Notes: a model not told the origin generated them from the letters alone. 64,000 nt of DNA from Phycisphaerales bacterium (GCA_965227775.1 OZ245777.1:736001-800000); one strand, 5' to 3'; positions 1 to 13,634 are shown, numbered from the stretch's first letter. Program-made: numbers and translations.

Positions 1-128
1 TGGGCGAGCAGGGTTGTCTCGAGCGCAACGACCGCACGCCCGGCAACGCGACGCACGGGATGTGTGCGAGGCGTCGGGGCGTGCTGGTGGTCCGGCATGG
101 CCGGAGCGTATGCGTTCGAAGGCTGGTG

Positions 129-596
129 TTAGGCGACCATGTCCTTCAGGCCCTTGAGCGGGCGGACCTTGACGACGTTGCGGGCGGGCTTGGCCTTGAA
201 GATGGTGGGCTCGCCGGTAAAGGGGTTGATGCCCTTGCGCGCCTTGGTGGCAGGCTTGCGCTGGACGGTGACCTTCATCATGCCGGGCACGTTGAACACG
301 CCCACGTTGCCCTTCTTCAGGTCGGCGGCGATCATGGCGCCCATCGTCTCGAAGACGGCGGCGACTTCCTTCTTGGAGATGCCGGCGTGCTCGGCGATGA
401 TCGTCTGGATCTCGCTCTTGGTGCGGGGCTTGCCCTTGGTGCCGGTGATACGGGGGGCTGCGGGCTTGGCGGCGGTCGACCGGCGGGTCGAGGTCTTGCG
501 GGCCGGCGCCTTGCGGCTGCGAGCGGTCGTCTTGGTGCGACGGACGGTTTTCTTGGTGGTCTTCTTGCGGGAACGAGTCGTGGTCTTCTTGGCCAT
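129..596 (-). CDS. HU/IHF-family DNA-binding protein with K/R/T-rich histone-H1-like N-terminal extension
   Basis: C-terminal HU signature (TKSEIQTIIAEHAGISKKEV...RKGINPFTGEPTIFKAKPA); start moved to ATG 596 (MAKKTTTRSRKK). Confidence 0.9.
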   Translation of the reverse strand: MAKKTTTRSRKKTTKKTVRRTKTTARSRKAPARKTSTRRSTAAKPAAPRITGTKGKPRTKSEIQTIIAEHAGISKKEVAAVFETMGAMIAADLKKGNVGVFNVPGMMKVTVQRKPATKARKGINPFTGEPTIFKAKPARNVVKVRPLKGLKDMVA

Positions 597-853
597 TGTT
601 GCACTCCGTGCGAGGGGTCCGGCGTTCGTGCCGGGCGGCTTGCCCATACTCCAGGCAAGGAATCTTTACGCATCCGCTCGCCGTCAGTTGTTCGGCTTGA
701 CGGGCGTTGAGCCTAAAAAAACAGTGGTTTTTGGGTCGCTTTTCTCGTAAAGCGGCTCCAGACCCTGCAAAAACAGGGGTTTGCGGGCCCCCAGGGGCGT
801 CTTTCGGCCGAGCGCGGCGCCTTCGAGCAAAGAAGTCTGAATACGATCGCCGC

Positions 854-1840
854 GTGAAAAACAGTGCACAATCTGGTTCGAAGGGCGCCGACGTGCTGGT
901 CTCGCGGGCGATTCCGGGTGATTTCGACACCGCCGGCGCCAGTGTGCGCGTGCTCGGCGAGGCGCTGCCGACTCGCGAGGACTTGCTCGCCGCGCTGCCT
1001 GGCACACGCGTGCTGGTCTCGATGTTCACCGACAGGGTGGACGCCGAACTGCTCGCGGCGGCCGAGGGCTCGTTGCAGGGCGTGTGCCAGTATGCGGTGG
1101 GAACCGACAACATCGACTTCGAGGCGTGCAAGGACGCGGGCGTCTTGCTCACCAATACGCCCGACGCGGTAACCGAGGGCACGGCAGACTTGGCGTGGGC
1201 CCTGCTGCTGGCGGTGGCACGGCGGGTGGTCGAGGCCGACGCCTACGCCCGCAGCGAGGCGTACCCCGGCAACGGTCCGCTGGGCATGAGCGACTTCCTC
1301 GGGGCCGACCTCACTGGCCGGACGCTGCTCATCGTGGGGGCCGGACGCATCGGCCGGGCGGTGGCGCTGCGGAGCATCGGCTGGGGCATGCGCGTGCTGT
1401 ACGTCGCGCGGAGCCGGCACTGGGACTTCGAGCTTGCGCCGCTGGCGGCCGAGCGGGTGGAACTGGACGAGGGGATCTCCCGGGCCGACGTTGTGAGCCT
1501 GCACACGCCGCTGACCGATCAGACGCGGCACCTGATCGATGCGAGGCGGCTTGGGCTGATGAAGCGCAACGCCATCCTCATCAACACGGCCCGTGGGCCG
1601 GTGGTGGACGAGGCGGCGCTCGCCGAGGCATTGGCGTCGGGCTCGATCTGGGGCGCGGGGCTGGACGTATACGAACGCGAGCCGCAGGTTCACCCAGAGC
1701 TGATCAACGCGAAGAACGCCGTGCTGACACCGCACATCGGAAGCGGCGAGCGCCGGTATCGCGAGATGATGACGGCGATGGTGGCTGAGAACGTTCGAGC
1801 GATTCTGGCGGGCGACGAGCCGCCGAATCGGGTGGGCTGA
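854..1840 (+). CDS. D-isomer-specific 2-hydroxyacid dehydrogenase (glyoxylate reductase / D-glycerate dehydrogenase-like)
   Basis: VGTDNID, GAGRIG, LINTARG, GAGLDVYEREP and LTPHIGS motifs; GTG start is a guess. Confidence 0.9.
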   Translation: MKNSAQSGSKGADVLVSRAIPGDFDTAGASVRVLGEALPTREDLLAALPGTRVLVSMFTDRVDAELLAAAEGSLQGVCQYAVGTDNIDFEACKDAGVLLTNTPDAVTEGTADLAWALLLAVARRVVEADAYARSEAYPGNGPLGMSDFLGADLTGRTLLIVGAGRIGRAVALRSIGWGMRVLYVARSRHWDFELAPLAAERVELDEGISRADVVSLHTPLTDQTRHLIDARRLGLMKRNAILINTARGPVVDEAALAEALASGSIWGAGLDVYEREPQVHPELINAKNAVLTPHIGSGERRYREMMTAMVAENVRAILAGDEPPNRVG

Positions 1841-1846
1841 GCCGGC

Positions 1847-2221
1847 TCAGCGTTGCTTGGCGAAGTGCAGGTCGAGGTACCGCGCGACGTAGTCCACCAG
1901 GCTGGTTGCCTCGGGGATCTCGGGGTTGCTCGTGTGGCCCATGGGCTCGAAGCGCATGCCCTTGAAGCGGGTCACTGCTTCTTCGACCGGCAATCCATAC
2001 TGCAACGCGAGGCTGAGGGCCCGGCAGTAGGCCTGGACCATGCCCTTGATGGTCGAGCCTTCCTTGGCCATCTTGATGAAGACCTCGCCGGGCGAGCCGT
2101 CGTCGTAGAGCCCGATGGTGAGGTAGCCCTCGTGGCCGCCCACCGAGAACTTGTGCGTGATGGCGTTGCGCGTGTTCGGCAGCATCCGGCGGTCGTGGGT
2201 CTCGGTCATGGTCGACTGCAT
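1847..2221 (-). CDS. Stand-alone TSCPD-domain protein (C-terminal domain of class II ribonucleotide reductase, NrdJb-like)
   Basis: THKFSVGGHEGYLTIGLYDDGSPGEVFIKMAKEGST...LQYGLP...RFEPMG..TSNPEI..ATSLVDY matches the NrdJ C-terminal region. Confidence 0.8.
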   Translation of the reverse strand: MQSTMTETHDRRMLPNTRNAITHKFSVGGHEGYLTIGLYDDGSPGEVFIKMAKEGSTIKGMVQAYCRALSLALQYGLPVEEAVTRFKGMRFEPMGHTSNPEIPEATSLVDYVARYLDLHFAKQR

Positions 2222-2422
2222 GGTTGGGGGCCTCCGGTGCCGCGGGCAGGGTCCGAAGGATATCGGTCGGTATGGCCGGGCTCCTGTGATGAACGGCCGG
2301 GGAAGATTGCTTGTGGGCCTCGGCGGGCCGATACTTAGGCTAACGGCTGTCGCTTCTGGGCTGGGCGTTCTTGGAATGCCCGAGGGCCTTGGGGAGATGG
2401 CCGGGACGGTGACGACTCGATC

Positions 2423-2773
2423 ATGACGCAGAGCACGAACACAATGCGAACGACTGTTGGCGGCCGAGCGGCTTCGCTCGCGGCGTTCGCGGCGTTGCTT
2501 GTTGTGATCGCCTCCGCCGACGCCGCGATGCGTGTCGCACCGCAGGGCCTGCGGATCACGACCGATGGCCGGCCGGCACGCACCAGCCTGATCGGGCTTG
2601 GCCGGATGGTCGAGGGCCTGCTCGCGTGCGCGACCGTGACCGACGCGGGCAGCCGCGTGTCGCTCGTCGTGGCGGTCTCTGGCGACCCCGAGCTCGCCCA
2701 GGTAACCGGGCCGCTGACCGCGGTGTTCGGGCGTCACGCGCTGATCGACCTGCCGCCGCCTTCGCTGACCTAA
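2423..2773 (+). CDS. Small exported protein upstream of secA; candidate SecM-like arrest peptide
   Basis: High GC3 codon usage; signal-like N-terminus (R..AASLAAFAALLVVIASADA); C-terminal HALIDLPPPSLT*; same strand, 162 nt upstream of secA. Confidence 0.65.
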   Translation: MTQSTNTMRTTVGGRAASLAAFAALLVVIASADAAMRVAPQGLRITTDGRPARTSLIGLGRMVEGLLACATVTDAGSRVSLVVAVSGDPELAQVTGPLTAVFGRHALIDLPPPSLT

Positions 2774-2935
2774 AGGTCCCACGCCGGCGCGGGCGTTCTC
2801 GGGCGGCCCACGCTGTGGCATCTCTCGCCCGAGAACGCTTCCAGAAACACTGAAACCCTTCGGGGCGCTGCGGCGTGCGGTCTCGTGCATCGAGACGCGG
2901 CACGGCCGAGGGCGCGCCATCGCGAGGCATTGCAC

Positions 2936-7018
<4,083 letters not shown>

Positions 7019-7216
7019 CGAGCCGCAGCCAAGCGGTATAGATTTGTTCGGAAAGCCGAACCCATGAGCCGCCGCCTGCGGATGGGCTGTGGGCTCGGCC
7101 ACCCTCCCCACAAAGCCACCGGAATGGCCGGTGGCAGTACCATGGGATGTGCCGGGGCGGGTGATGGGCCCGTTGGCCCCGGCAGGCCGGCAATGCGAAC
7201 GCGGGAGGGGTCATCG

Positions 7217-7963
7217 ATGGTTTCAAGGAGAACGCACGCAGCGAGCGAGGGGCGCGGCTTCACGCTCATCGAACTGCTGATCGTGATATTGATCATCTCG
7301 GTGCTGATCGCGCTCGGCCTGGCGGTTGGCTCGCGCGTGATCGGCGGCGGCAAGGCCGGCCAGACGCGCGACCTGCTCAAGACGCTGGACAACGCGCTGA
7401 ACAGCTACGTGCAGGCGACGGACCGATCGGTGCCGGCATCGATCATCGATCCGCGTCAGGACGAGGGCGCCCCGACCGGCACCATCATCTACTTCCCGTT
7501 GGCCGATGCCGTGGACGATTCGACGGGCGAGCGCATCAACAGCGTCGGCCTGTTCATCGTCGAGGCCCGACGCGTTGCGGGCGTCGCGAACCTGCTGGAC
7601 GGATTGGATGCGAGGAACTTCCAGGAGTTTGCCTACACCGCCAGCCCCGACCCGATGCCCGGCGACAACGAGCCCCTGCTGCCCACCGTGCTCGACGCGT
7701 GGGGCAACCCGATCCGGTTTGTGCACCCGGCATTCCATGGCGTGCGCCGATCCGGCGAGGCCGTCGACGACATCCTGGGCCCGGCACCCAGCCCCGCAAC
7801 GGCGTACTTCCCGTCGGACATCCGCCGCGACCCGGCCATGGGCGATGCCGATGGCGGGCTGACGACCAACAGCCAGCCGTACTTCTACTCGGCCGGCCCG
7901 GATGGCGATCCCTCGACGGTCGAGGACAACGTCTACCTCGTGCAGCCCAAGATCCAGAACTGA
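7217..7963 (+). CDS. Prepilin-type N-terminal cleavage/methylation domain protein (GspG-like pseudopilin)
   Basis: RG/FTLIELLIVILIISVL; LDAWGNPIRF and YSAGPDG motifs. Confidence 0.85.
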   Translation: MVSRRTHAASEGRGFTLIELLIVILIISVLIALGLAVGSRVIGGGKAGQTRDLLKTLDNALNSYVQATDRSVPASIIDPRQDEGAPTGTIIYFPLADAVDDSTGERINSVGLFIVEARRVAGVANLLDGLDARNFQEFAYTASPDPMPGDNEPLLPTVLDAWGNPIRFVHPAFHGVRRSGEAVDDILGPAPSPATAYFPSDIRRDPAMGDADGGLTTNSQPYFYSAGPDGDPSTVEDNVYLVQPKIQN

Positions 7964-8041
7964 ACCAGAACCGATCGGACCATCGGTCGCGGATGGCCGC
8001 GGTCGCCCCGCAGCGGGCGGCGGCGTACCATCACGACCTTC

Positions 8042-8115
8042 CGGGGTGTAGCGCAGCTTGGTAGCGCGTCTCGTTCGGGACGAGAAGGTCGGAGGTTCAA
8101 ATCCTCTCACCCCGA
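8042..8115 (+). tRNA. tRNA-Pro(CGG)
   Basis: CGGGGTG/CACCCCG acceptor stem, TCTCG-TT CGG GA-CGAGA anticodon arm, GGTTCAAATCC T-arm; CCA not encoded. Confidence 0.97.
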
Positions 8116-8123
8116 TTCGTTTG

Positions 8124-8154
8124 CTCCAGGGCTTGGCCCTGGAGTTTTCGTTTT
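8124..8154 (+). terminator. Intrinsic terminator after tRNA-Pro
   Basis: CTCCAGGGC-TTG-GCCCTGGAG followed by TTTTCGTTTT. Confidence 0.8.
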
Positions 8155-8198
8155 CTGGGGCGCAGCTATTGTCCGCCCCCTTCGGCTTCGGGGGAATC

Positions 8199-9014
8199 AT
8201 GAATCCGAACAAGGTACTCTGGGAGAAGGGCGACTTTACCAAGATCGCCGAGTTCATGCGCGAGTCTGGTGAATCACTCGTCGACTCGCTCGGCGTGCGA
8301 TCGACCGACAACGTCCTCGACCTGGGCTGCGGTGATGGCACCACCGCCCTGCCGCTGGCAAAGCGTGCTGCGCAGGTCAAGGGCGTGGACATCGCGACGA
8401 ATCTCGTTGCCGCCGGACGCGAGCGCGCACGCGCGAGCGGACTCGAGAACCTGACTTTCGACGAAGGCGATGCGTGCAGGCTCGACGGCCTTGGCGACGA
8501 CTCCTTCGACCTATCGCTCACGGTCTTCGGCGCGATGTTCGCACCCGACCCGGATGCCGTCGCCGCCAACCTCGTGCGCGTGACCAAGCCGGGCGGGCGC
8601 ATCGTCATGGGCAACTGGATCCCCAACGACCCGACCTCGTTCATCTCGAAGCTCCTGAAGATCAGCATGGCGTACGCACCACCTCCGCCGGCTGGGTTCA
8701 TAAGCCCGATGACGTGGGGCGTGGAAGCCAACATTGCCGATCGCTTTGGCAAGGCCGGTGTGGCGGCAGATGGCATCGCCATGGAACGCGACACGTTCTA
8801 CTTCAAGTCGCAGGATGAGTCTCCCGAGCAGTTCATCGAGCGCTTCCGAGACTTCTATGGACCGACCATGAACGCCTATGCCGCGGCTGAGAAGGACGGC
8901 AAGGCCGATGCGCTGCACACCGAGCTGGTGGAGCTTGCCAACAACGAGAACGCCGCCAATGGAGCTGGCACCTCGATTCCCGCTTCCTTTATGCGGGTGA
9001 CTGTTCGGGTCTGA
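8199..9014 (+). CDS. Class I SAM-dependent methyltransferase
   Basis: VLDLGCGDG motif I, GVDIA, EGDA, FGAMFAP, RVTKPGGRI. Confidence 0.92.
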   Translation: MNPNKVLWEKGDFTKIAEFMRESGESLVDSLGVRSTDNVLDLGCGDGTTALPLAKRAAQVKGVDIATNLVAAGRERARASGLENLTFDEGDACRLDGLGDDSFDLSLTVFGAMFAPDPDAVAANLVRVTKPGGRIVMGNWIPNDPTSFISKLLKISMAYAPPPPAGFISPMTWGVEANIADRFGKAGVAADGIAMERDTFYFKSQDESPEQFIERFRDFYGPTMNAYAAAEKDGKADALHTELVELANNENAANGAGTSIPASFMRVTVRV

Positions 9015-9076
9015 GCCTCGCCCAAGCAGGCTTTGCGTTCGTACCGGCTTCGGCGGCCTGGCTTATCCTGTCCATC

Positions 9077-10780
9077 ATGCTGCACACCATCTTCGCCGCC
9101 GTCGCGTTGTTCTTCGCGGATCCCGATCCCTCGCTGCCGACCATGACCGGGCTCATCGAGCGCTACCGGGCCGATCTCGGCAGCGTTCGCCGATTCCACG
9201 ACACACCGATGTCGATCAGCGCGATCGGGCACTCCGAAGAGTTCCATCAAGCCTGGCTCGATCGGCTGAACGGCGTCGACTTCCAGGCCCTCGATGTCAA
9301 TGGCAGGGCCGAGCACGTGCTGCTGCGTGAGCACGTCAACTTCGCGCTCGACGAGGCGCGGTACGACCGCGAGCAGCTCAAGGAGATCGAGCCGCTCGTG
9401 CCGTTCACGGAGCCGCTCGTACAGATGCTCGAAGCCAGGCGGCAGCTCGAGGCCGTTGATCAGCGGCAAGCAGCCGAGACGCTCGACACGCTCGCGGTCC
9501 AGATCGCCGAGGCAACCAAATCACTCAAGGCAGCCGAGACCGAGCGCGACCGCGTGCTTGCACGTCGCGCGGCGATCCAGCTCGATCGGCTGGCGTGGTC
9601 GCTCCGCTCGTGGTTCAACTTCTACGACGGGTATGACCCGCTCTTTTCCTGGTGGTGCCGCGAGCCCTACGACGCGTGCTCGGCCGCGCTCCGCAAGCAC
9701 TCCGAGACGCTGCGTGAGAAGGTCGCCGGCATCACCGCCGACGAGGACCCGGTCATCGGCGACCCTGTTGGTCGCGAGGTGCTGCTCCGCATGCTCGAGC
9801 ACGAGATGATTCCGTACTCGCCCGAGCAGCTCATCACCATCGCCGAGCGCGAGTACGAGTGGTGCCTCGACCAGATGCTGCAGGCGACCGACGAGCTTGG
9901 CTTCGGCAAGGACTGGAAGGCCGCCCTCGAGCACGTGCGCGACCAGCACGTGCCGCCGGGCGAACAGCCCGAGATGATCGCCGAGATGGTGCGAGAGGCC
10001 ATTAGGTTCGTCGAGGATCGCGGCCTGATCAGCGTGCCCGAGCTCAACGCCGAGACGTGGCGGATGTCGATGATGTCGCCCCAGCGCCAGCAGGTCAGCC
10101 CCTACTTCCTAGGCGGCGAGACGATCATCGTGTCGTACCCCACAGACTCCATGGAGCACGCCGACAAGCTCGCCAGCATGCGCGGCAACAACCGCCACTT
10201 CTCCAGGGCCGTCGTGCACCATGAGATCATCCCCGGCCATGGGCTGCAGCGCTTCATGATGGACCGCTATCGCACGCACCGAGGCCTGTTCTACACGCCC
10301 TTCTGGATGGAGGGCTGGGCGCTGTACTGGGAGATGCGGCTGTGGGATCTCGGCTTCGCGCAGGGGCCCAAGGACCGCATCGGCATGCTCTTCTGGCGCA
10401 TGCACCGCTGCGCACGCATCATCTTCAGCCTGCGTTTCCACCTTGGTGAGATCACCGCCGAAGAAGCGGTTGACTACTTGGTCGAGAACGTTGGCCACCT
10501 GCGACGCAACGCGACGGCCGAGGTCCGCCGCTCGGTCAACGGCGACTATCCGCCGCTGTACCAGGCCGCGTACATGCTCGGCGGGCTGCAGTTCATGGCG
10601 CTCTATGAGGAGCTGGTTGTGAACGGCGACATGTCCGAGCGCGACTTCCACGACGCCGTCATGCGGCACAACGCCATCCCGGTCGAGATGCTGCGGGCGA
10701 TCCTTCGCGAAGATGAGATCAAAGCGGACCACGAACCGTCGTGGTACTTTGCGGGCGATATCGAGCCGAGGCTACGCTGA
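9077..10780 (+). CDS. DUF885 family protein (secreted, metallopeptidase-like)
   Basis: HHEIIPGHGLQ, F.MEGWALYWE, EVRR and YMLGGL motifs; N-terminal signal. Confidence 0.85.
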   Translation: MLHTIFAAVALFFADPDPSLPTMTGLIERYRADLGSVRRFHDTPMSISAIGHSEEFHQAWLDRLNGVDFQALDVNGRAEHVLLREHVNFALDEARYDREQLKEIEPLVPFTEPLVQMLEARRQLEAVDQRQAAETLDTLAVQIAEATKSLKAAETERDRVLARRAAIQLDRLAWSLRSWFNFYDGYDPLFSWWCREPYDACSAALRKHSETLREKVAGITADEDPVIGDPVGREVLLRMLEHEMIPYSPEQLITIAEREYEWCLDQMLQATDELGFGKDWKAALEHVRDQHVPPGEQPEMIAEMVREAIRFVEDRGLISVPELNAETWRMSMMSPQRQQVSPYFLGGETIIVSYPTDSMEHADKLASMRGNNRHFSRAVVHHEIIPGHGLQRFMMDRYRTHRGLFYTPFWMEGWALYWEMRLWDLGFAQGPKDRIGMLFWRMHRCARIIFSLRFHLGEITAEEAVDYLVENVGHLRRNATAEVRRSVNGDYPPLYQAAYMLGGLQFMALYEELVVNGDMSERDFHDAVMRHNAIPVEMLRAILREDEIKADHEPSWYFAGDIEPRLR

Positions 10781-10783
10781 GCC

Positions 10784-11200
10784 ATGCCCCAGCCCTTCCA
10801 CCTCGCGTTTCCCGTGCACGATCTCGACGCTGCGCGCGCGTTCTACGGCGGGCTGCTCGGCTGCCCCGAGGGGCGCAGCAGCGACCACTGGATCGACTTC
10901 GATCTCTTCGGCCACCAGATCGTCGCGCACCTGTCCGATGGAGCGCGGGCAGCGGCCCCGACGAACGCGGTCGATGGACACGACGTGCCCATTCCCCACT
11001 TCGGCGTCGTGCTCGAGATGGACGCGTGGAAGTCGCTTGCGAGCAAGCTGCAGAGCCAGAACGTGGAGTTCGTGATCGAGCCCTACGTGCGCTTCGAGGG
11101 CCAGCCGGGCGAGCAAGCGACGATGTTCTTCTGCGACCCCTCCGGCAACGCGCTGGAATTCAAGGCGTTCGCGGATACGTCGAAGCTGTTTGAGAAGTAG
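10784..11200 (+). CDS. VOC/glyoxalase family protein
   Basis: [32 protein letters not shown]. Confidence 0.9.
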   Translation: MPQPFHLAFPVHDLDAARAFYGGLLGCPEGRSSDHWIDFDLFGHQIVAHLSDGARAAAPTNAVDGHDVPIPHFGVVLEMDAWKSLASKLQSQNVEFVIEPYVRFEGQPGEQATMFFCDPSGNALEFKAFADTSKLFEK

Positions 11201-11205
11201 CGGGC

Positions 11206-11805
11206 ATGGCAGAATCTTCGGAGCAAGGCCAGCAAGCACGGGACACCGTGCCCGCCTGGGCGCTTGCCGCACTCCTCGTTTCGGCGGCCCTCTCGTCGTG
11301 GTACCTGATGATGCTCGTGCACGAGGCAGGCCACGTGCTTGGCGCCTGGCTGAGTGGCGGGCGCGTCGCCGACGTCGTGTGGCATCCGCTGAAGTTCTCA
11401 AGGACCGATCTCTCTCGAAATCCGCACCCGATGTTCGTCGTGCTCGCTGGGCCGGCGGTTGGTTCCGCGTTGCCCGCACTGGTTTGGCTGGTGCTCAGAG
11501 CGTGTCGCAGCAGATGGCAGGCGTTCGCCCGAGGCTTCGCGGGGTTTTGCCTGGTCGCGAATGGGGCGTATCTCGCGACCGCGATCGTGCTGCCGGTAGG
11601 TGATACCGAAGACCTCGTACGCCTCGGTGCGCCGGCCTGGCTCATCGCCCTCGCAGGGCTCGTGCTTGTAGCCGGCGGGCTGGCGTGCTGGAACGGGCTC
11701 CGATCGAAACTTCAAGCGAGGATCACGACGCGCGTCACGATCGCAAGCGTGGTGATGCTTGCCACCATCGTCGTTGCCATGCTCGCATGGTCATTGCTGA
11801 AGTAG
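11206..11805 (+). CDS. Membrane protein with M50-like HExxH motif
   Basis: VHEAGHVLGA within TM segments, LAGP motif, GD.EDL. Confidence 0.7.
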   Translation: MAESSEQGQQARDTVPAWALAALLVSAALSSWYLMMLVHEAGHVLGAWLSGGRVADVVWHPLKFSRTDLSRNPHPMFVVLAGPAVGSALPALVWLVLRACRSRWQAFARGFAGFCLVANGAYLATAIVLPVGDTEDLVRLGAPAWLIALAGLVLVAGGLACWNGLRSKLQARITTRVTIASVVMLATIVVAMLAWSLLK

Positions 11806-13074
11806 CCCGGCGTCGCAAACGCTCGCTGCAACACTCCGCCCCGCAAGCCACCCGCTCGCCCACGCCCACTGGAAGTTGAACCCGCCGATCCGGCCGTCGA
11901 CGTCCAGGATCTCGCCGGCGAGCCACAGGTTCTCGCACGCGCGGCTGGCCATGGTCGAGGGGTTGATCTCGGTGAGCGGCACGCCACCGGCGGTCACCTC
12001 GGCGTGCGCAAAGCCGCGGTCGCCCGAGATCTCGACCGGCGTCGCGGCGAGCAGGTGCGCGAGCGCCCGCCGCCCATCGCGCGAGAGCTGGCTGCCCGGC
12101 ATCGACGGATCGACGCTCGCCCGCTCGCACAGCGCACGCGCCAGCCGCTCGGGCAGGTGCTCGCGCACGTAGCTCAGCGGCGTGCGCTGCCCGAGCCCTT
12201 GCAGGTCCGCGTCAATCTGCTCGAACGTCCGATCGACCCAGCAGATGACCATCGTCGCGCCGCGGTCCTCGTGCCGCGCCGCGGTCAGGTAGCGTGAGGC
12301 GTCCATCGGGGCCGGGCCGCTCAGGCCGAAGTGCGTGCACAGCAGGTCGTTCTCGAACCGAGCCAGCCGCTTGCCCGTGCCGCTGCGCACCTCGACCGCC
12401 GCCCGGCAACTCACGCCGCTGAGCTCAGTAAGCCACGCAGACCCAGGCCCAGCAACGAGCGGCACGAGCGCCGCGAACACCCGTGGCGTCACCCTGTGGC
12501 CCAGCGCGCGCACAAACTCGTAGCCCGCGCCGTCCGAACCGCTGCGTGGCAGGGCCATGCCGCCGGTGCACAGCACGAGCCGATCGCTTCGCAGCGTCTC
12601 GTCGCTCTCGGCGCGGCGGATGACGAACCCCTCGCCGTCGCGCTCGACGCCATCGACACGCCAGGGATGGACGATCTCGACGCCCAACCGCCGCACCTCG
12701 TGGAGCAACGCATCGAGCACGGTGCGCGCCTTGTCGGTGGTCGGGAAGAGCTTGCCGGTGTCCTCGCGCTTCAGCGTGACGCCGAGTTCTTCGAAGAACG
12801 CAACGGTGTCGTCAACGCCGAAGCTCCGCAGCACGCGGCGGATGGTGTTGCGCGACGTGCCGGCGTACTGCTTCTCGTCGACGGCGTGGTGCGTCACGTT
12901 ACAACGCCCGCCGCCCGCGACGAGGATCTTGACGCCCACCTTCTTCGACCCATCGAGCAGCACCAACCGCCCGGCCTGCCCGCTCTCCCGCAACGCCCGC
13001 CCCGCCGAGATCGCCACCATCAACCCCGCGGCCCCGGCGCCGATGATGGTGATGGTTGGGGGTGTCAAAGCCAT
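11791..13074 (-). CDS. HI0933/BaiN/YhiN-family flavoprotein
   Basis: IGAGAAG, GVKILVAGGGRCNVT, AEVTAGGV, GEILDVDGRIGGFNFQWAWASG. Confidence 0.93.
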   Translation of the reverse strand: MALTPPTITIIGAGAAGLMVAISAGRALRESGQAGRLVLLDGSKKVGVKILVAGGGRCNVTHHAVDEKQYAGTSRNTIRRVLRSFGVDDTVAFFEELGVTLKREDTGKLFPTTDKARTVLDALLHEVRRLGVEIVHPWRVDGVERDGEGFVIRRAESDETLRSDRLVLCTGGMALPRSGSDGAGYEFVRALGHRVTPRVFAALVPLVAGPGSAWLTELSGVSCRAAVEVRSGTGKRLARFENDLLCTHFGLSGPAPMDASRYLTAARHEDRGATMVICWVDRTFEQIDADLQGLGQRTPLSYVREHLPERLARALCERASVDPSMPGSQLSRDGRRALAHLLAATPVEISGDRGFAHAEVTAGGVPLTEINPSTMASRACENLWLAGEILDVDGRIGGFNFQWAWASGWLAGRSVAASVCDAGLLQQ

Positions 13075-13120
13075 CCGTCAGGATAGAGGCAACTCGTCCG
13101 ATGCCTGAACGCGTAGCGCC

Positions 13121-13444
13121 TCAGAAGATCGCCCACAACGCGATGACCGCCGCCACGAGCACGCCGACGGCGATGGCCCAGACCGGGGGGCCGCCGCGCT
13201 TGCCGCCCGGGCCGACGCTGGCCTGGCAGTGCCAGCACACGGTCGCGTCGTCGTAGAGCTCGGTGCCGCAGCGCCAGCAGTTCTGGGTGACGCCGCTGAA
13301 TCGGTCGAGGTCGTCCTCGCTGGGGCCGTCGTCGGGGAGCCCGAACTCGGGCGGGCGATCGAGCACCTCGCCTCGTCGGGCCGAGGCTCGCTTGGCGATC
13401 GCCGAGTCTGGCATGTCGTCCAGCGGACCATCGGCGCGGGTCAT
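13121..13444 (-). CDS. Small zinc-ribbon protein with C-terminal TM anchor
   Basis: CWRCG..LYDDATVCWHC plus hydrophobic C-terminus; start uncertain. Confidence 0.65.
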   Translation of the reverse strand: MTRADGPLDDMPDSAIAKRASARRGEVLDRPPEFGLPDDGPSEDDLDRFSGVTQNCWRCGTELYDDATVCWHCQASVGPGGKRGGPPVWAIAVGVLVAAVIALWAIF

Positions 13445-13634
13445 GTCCGATGGTACCACCCGCTGGCACGCCTCCCGACACGGAGCGACAGGGCACGCGG
13501 GCTTCTCCCAACAAGTTCTCGGGCGGGGTGACATCCGCCGCGAAGGCCCATTTGATCAGGAATTCGCCCGAGGGTCGATAGACACCATCCGGCCGCGCAT
13601 CATTTCGAGCCGAGGCCCCCCAAGGAGGTTGACC

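Noticed and set aside
8058..8198. Upstream extension of the methyltransferase ORF
   Set aside because: Overlaps tRNA-Pro and its terminator
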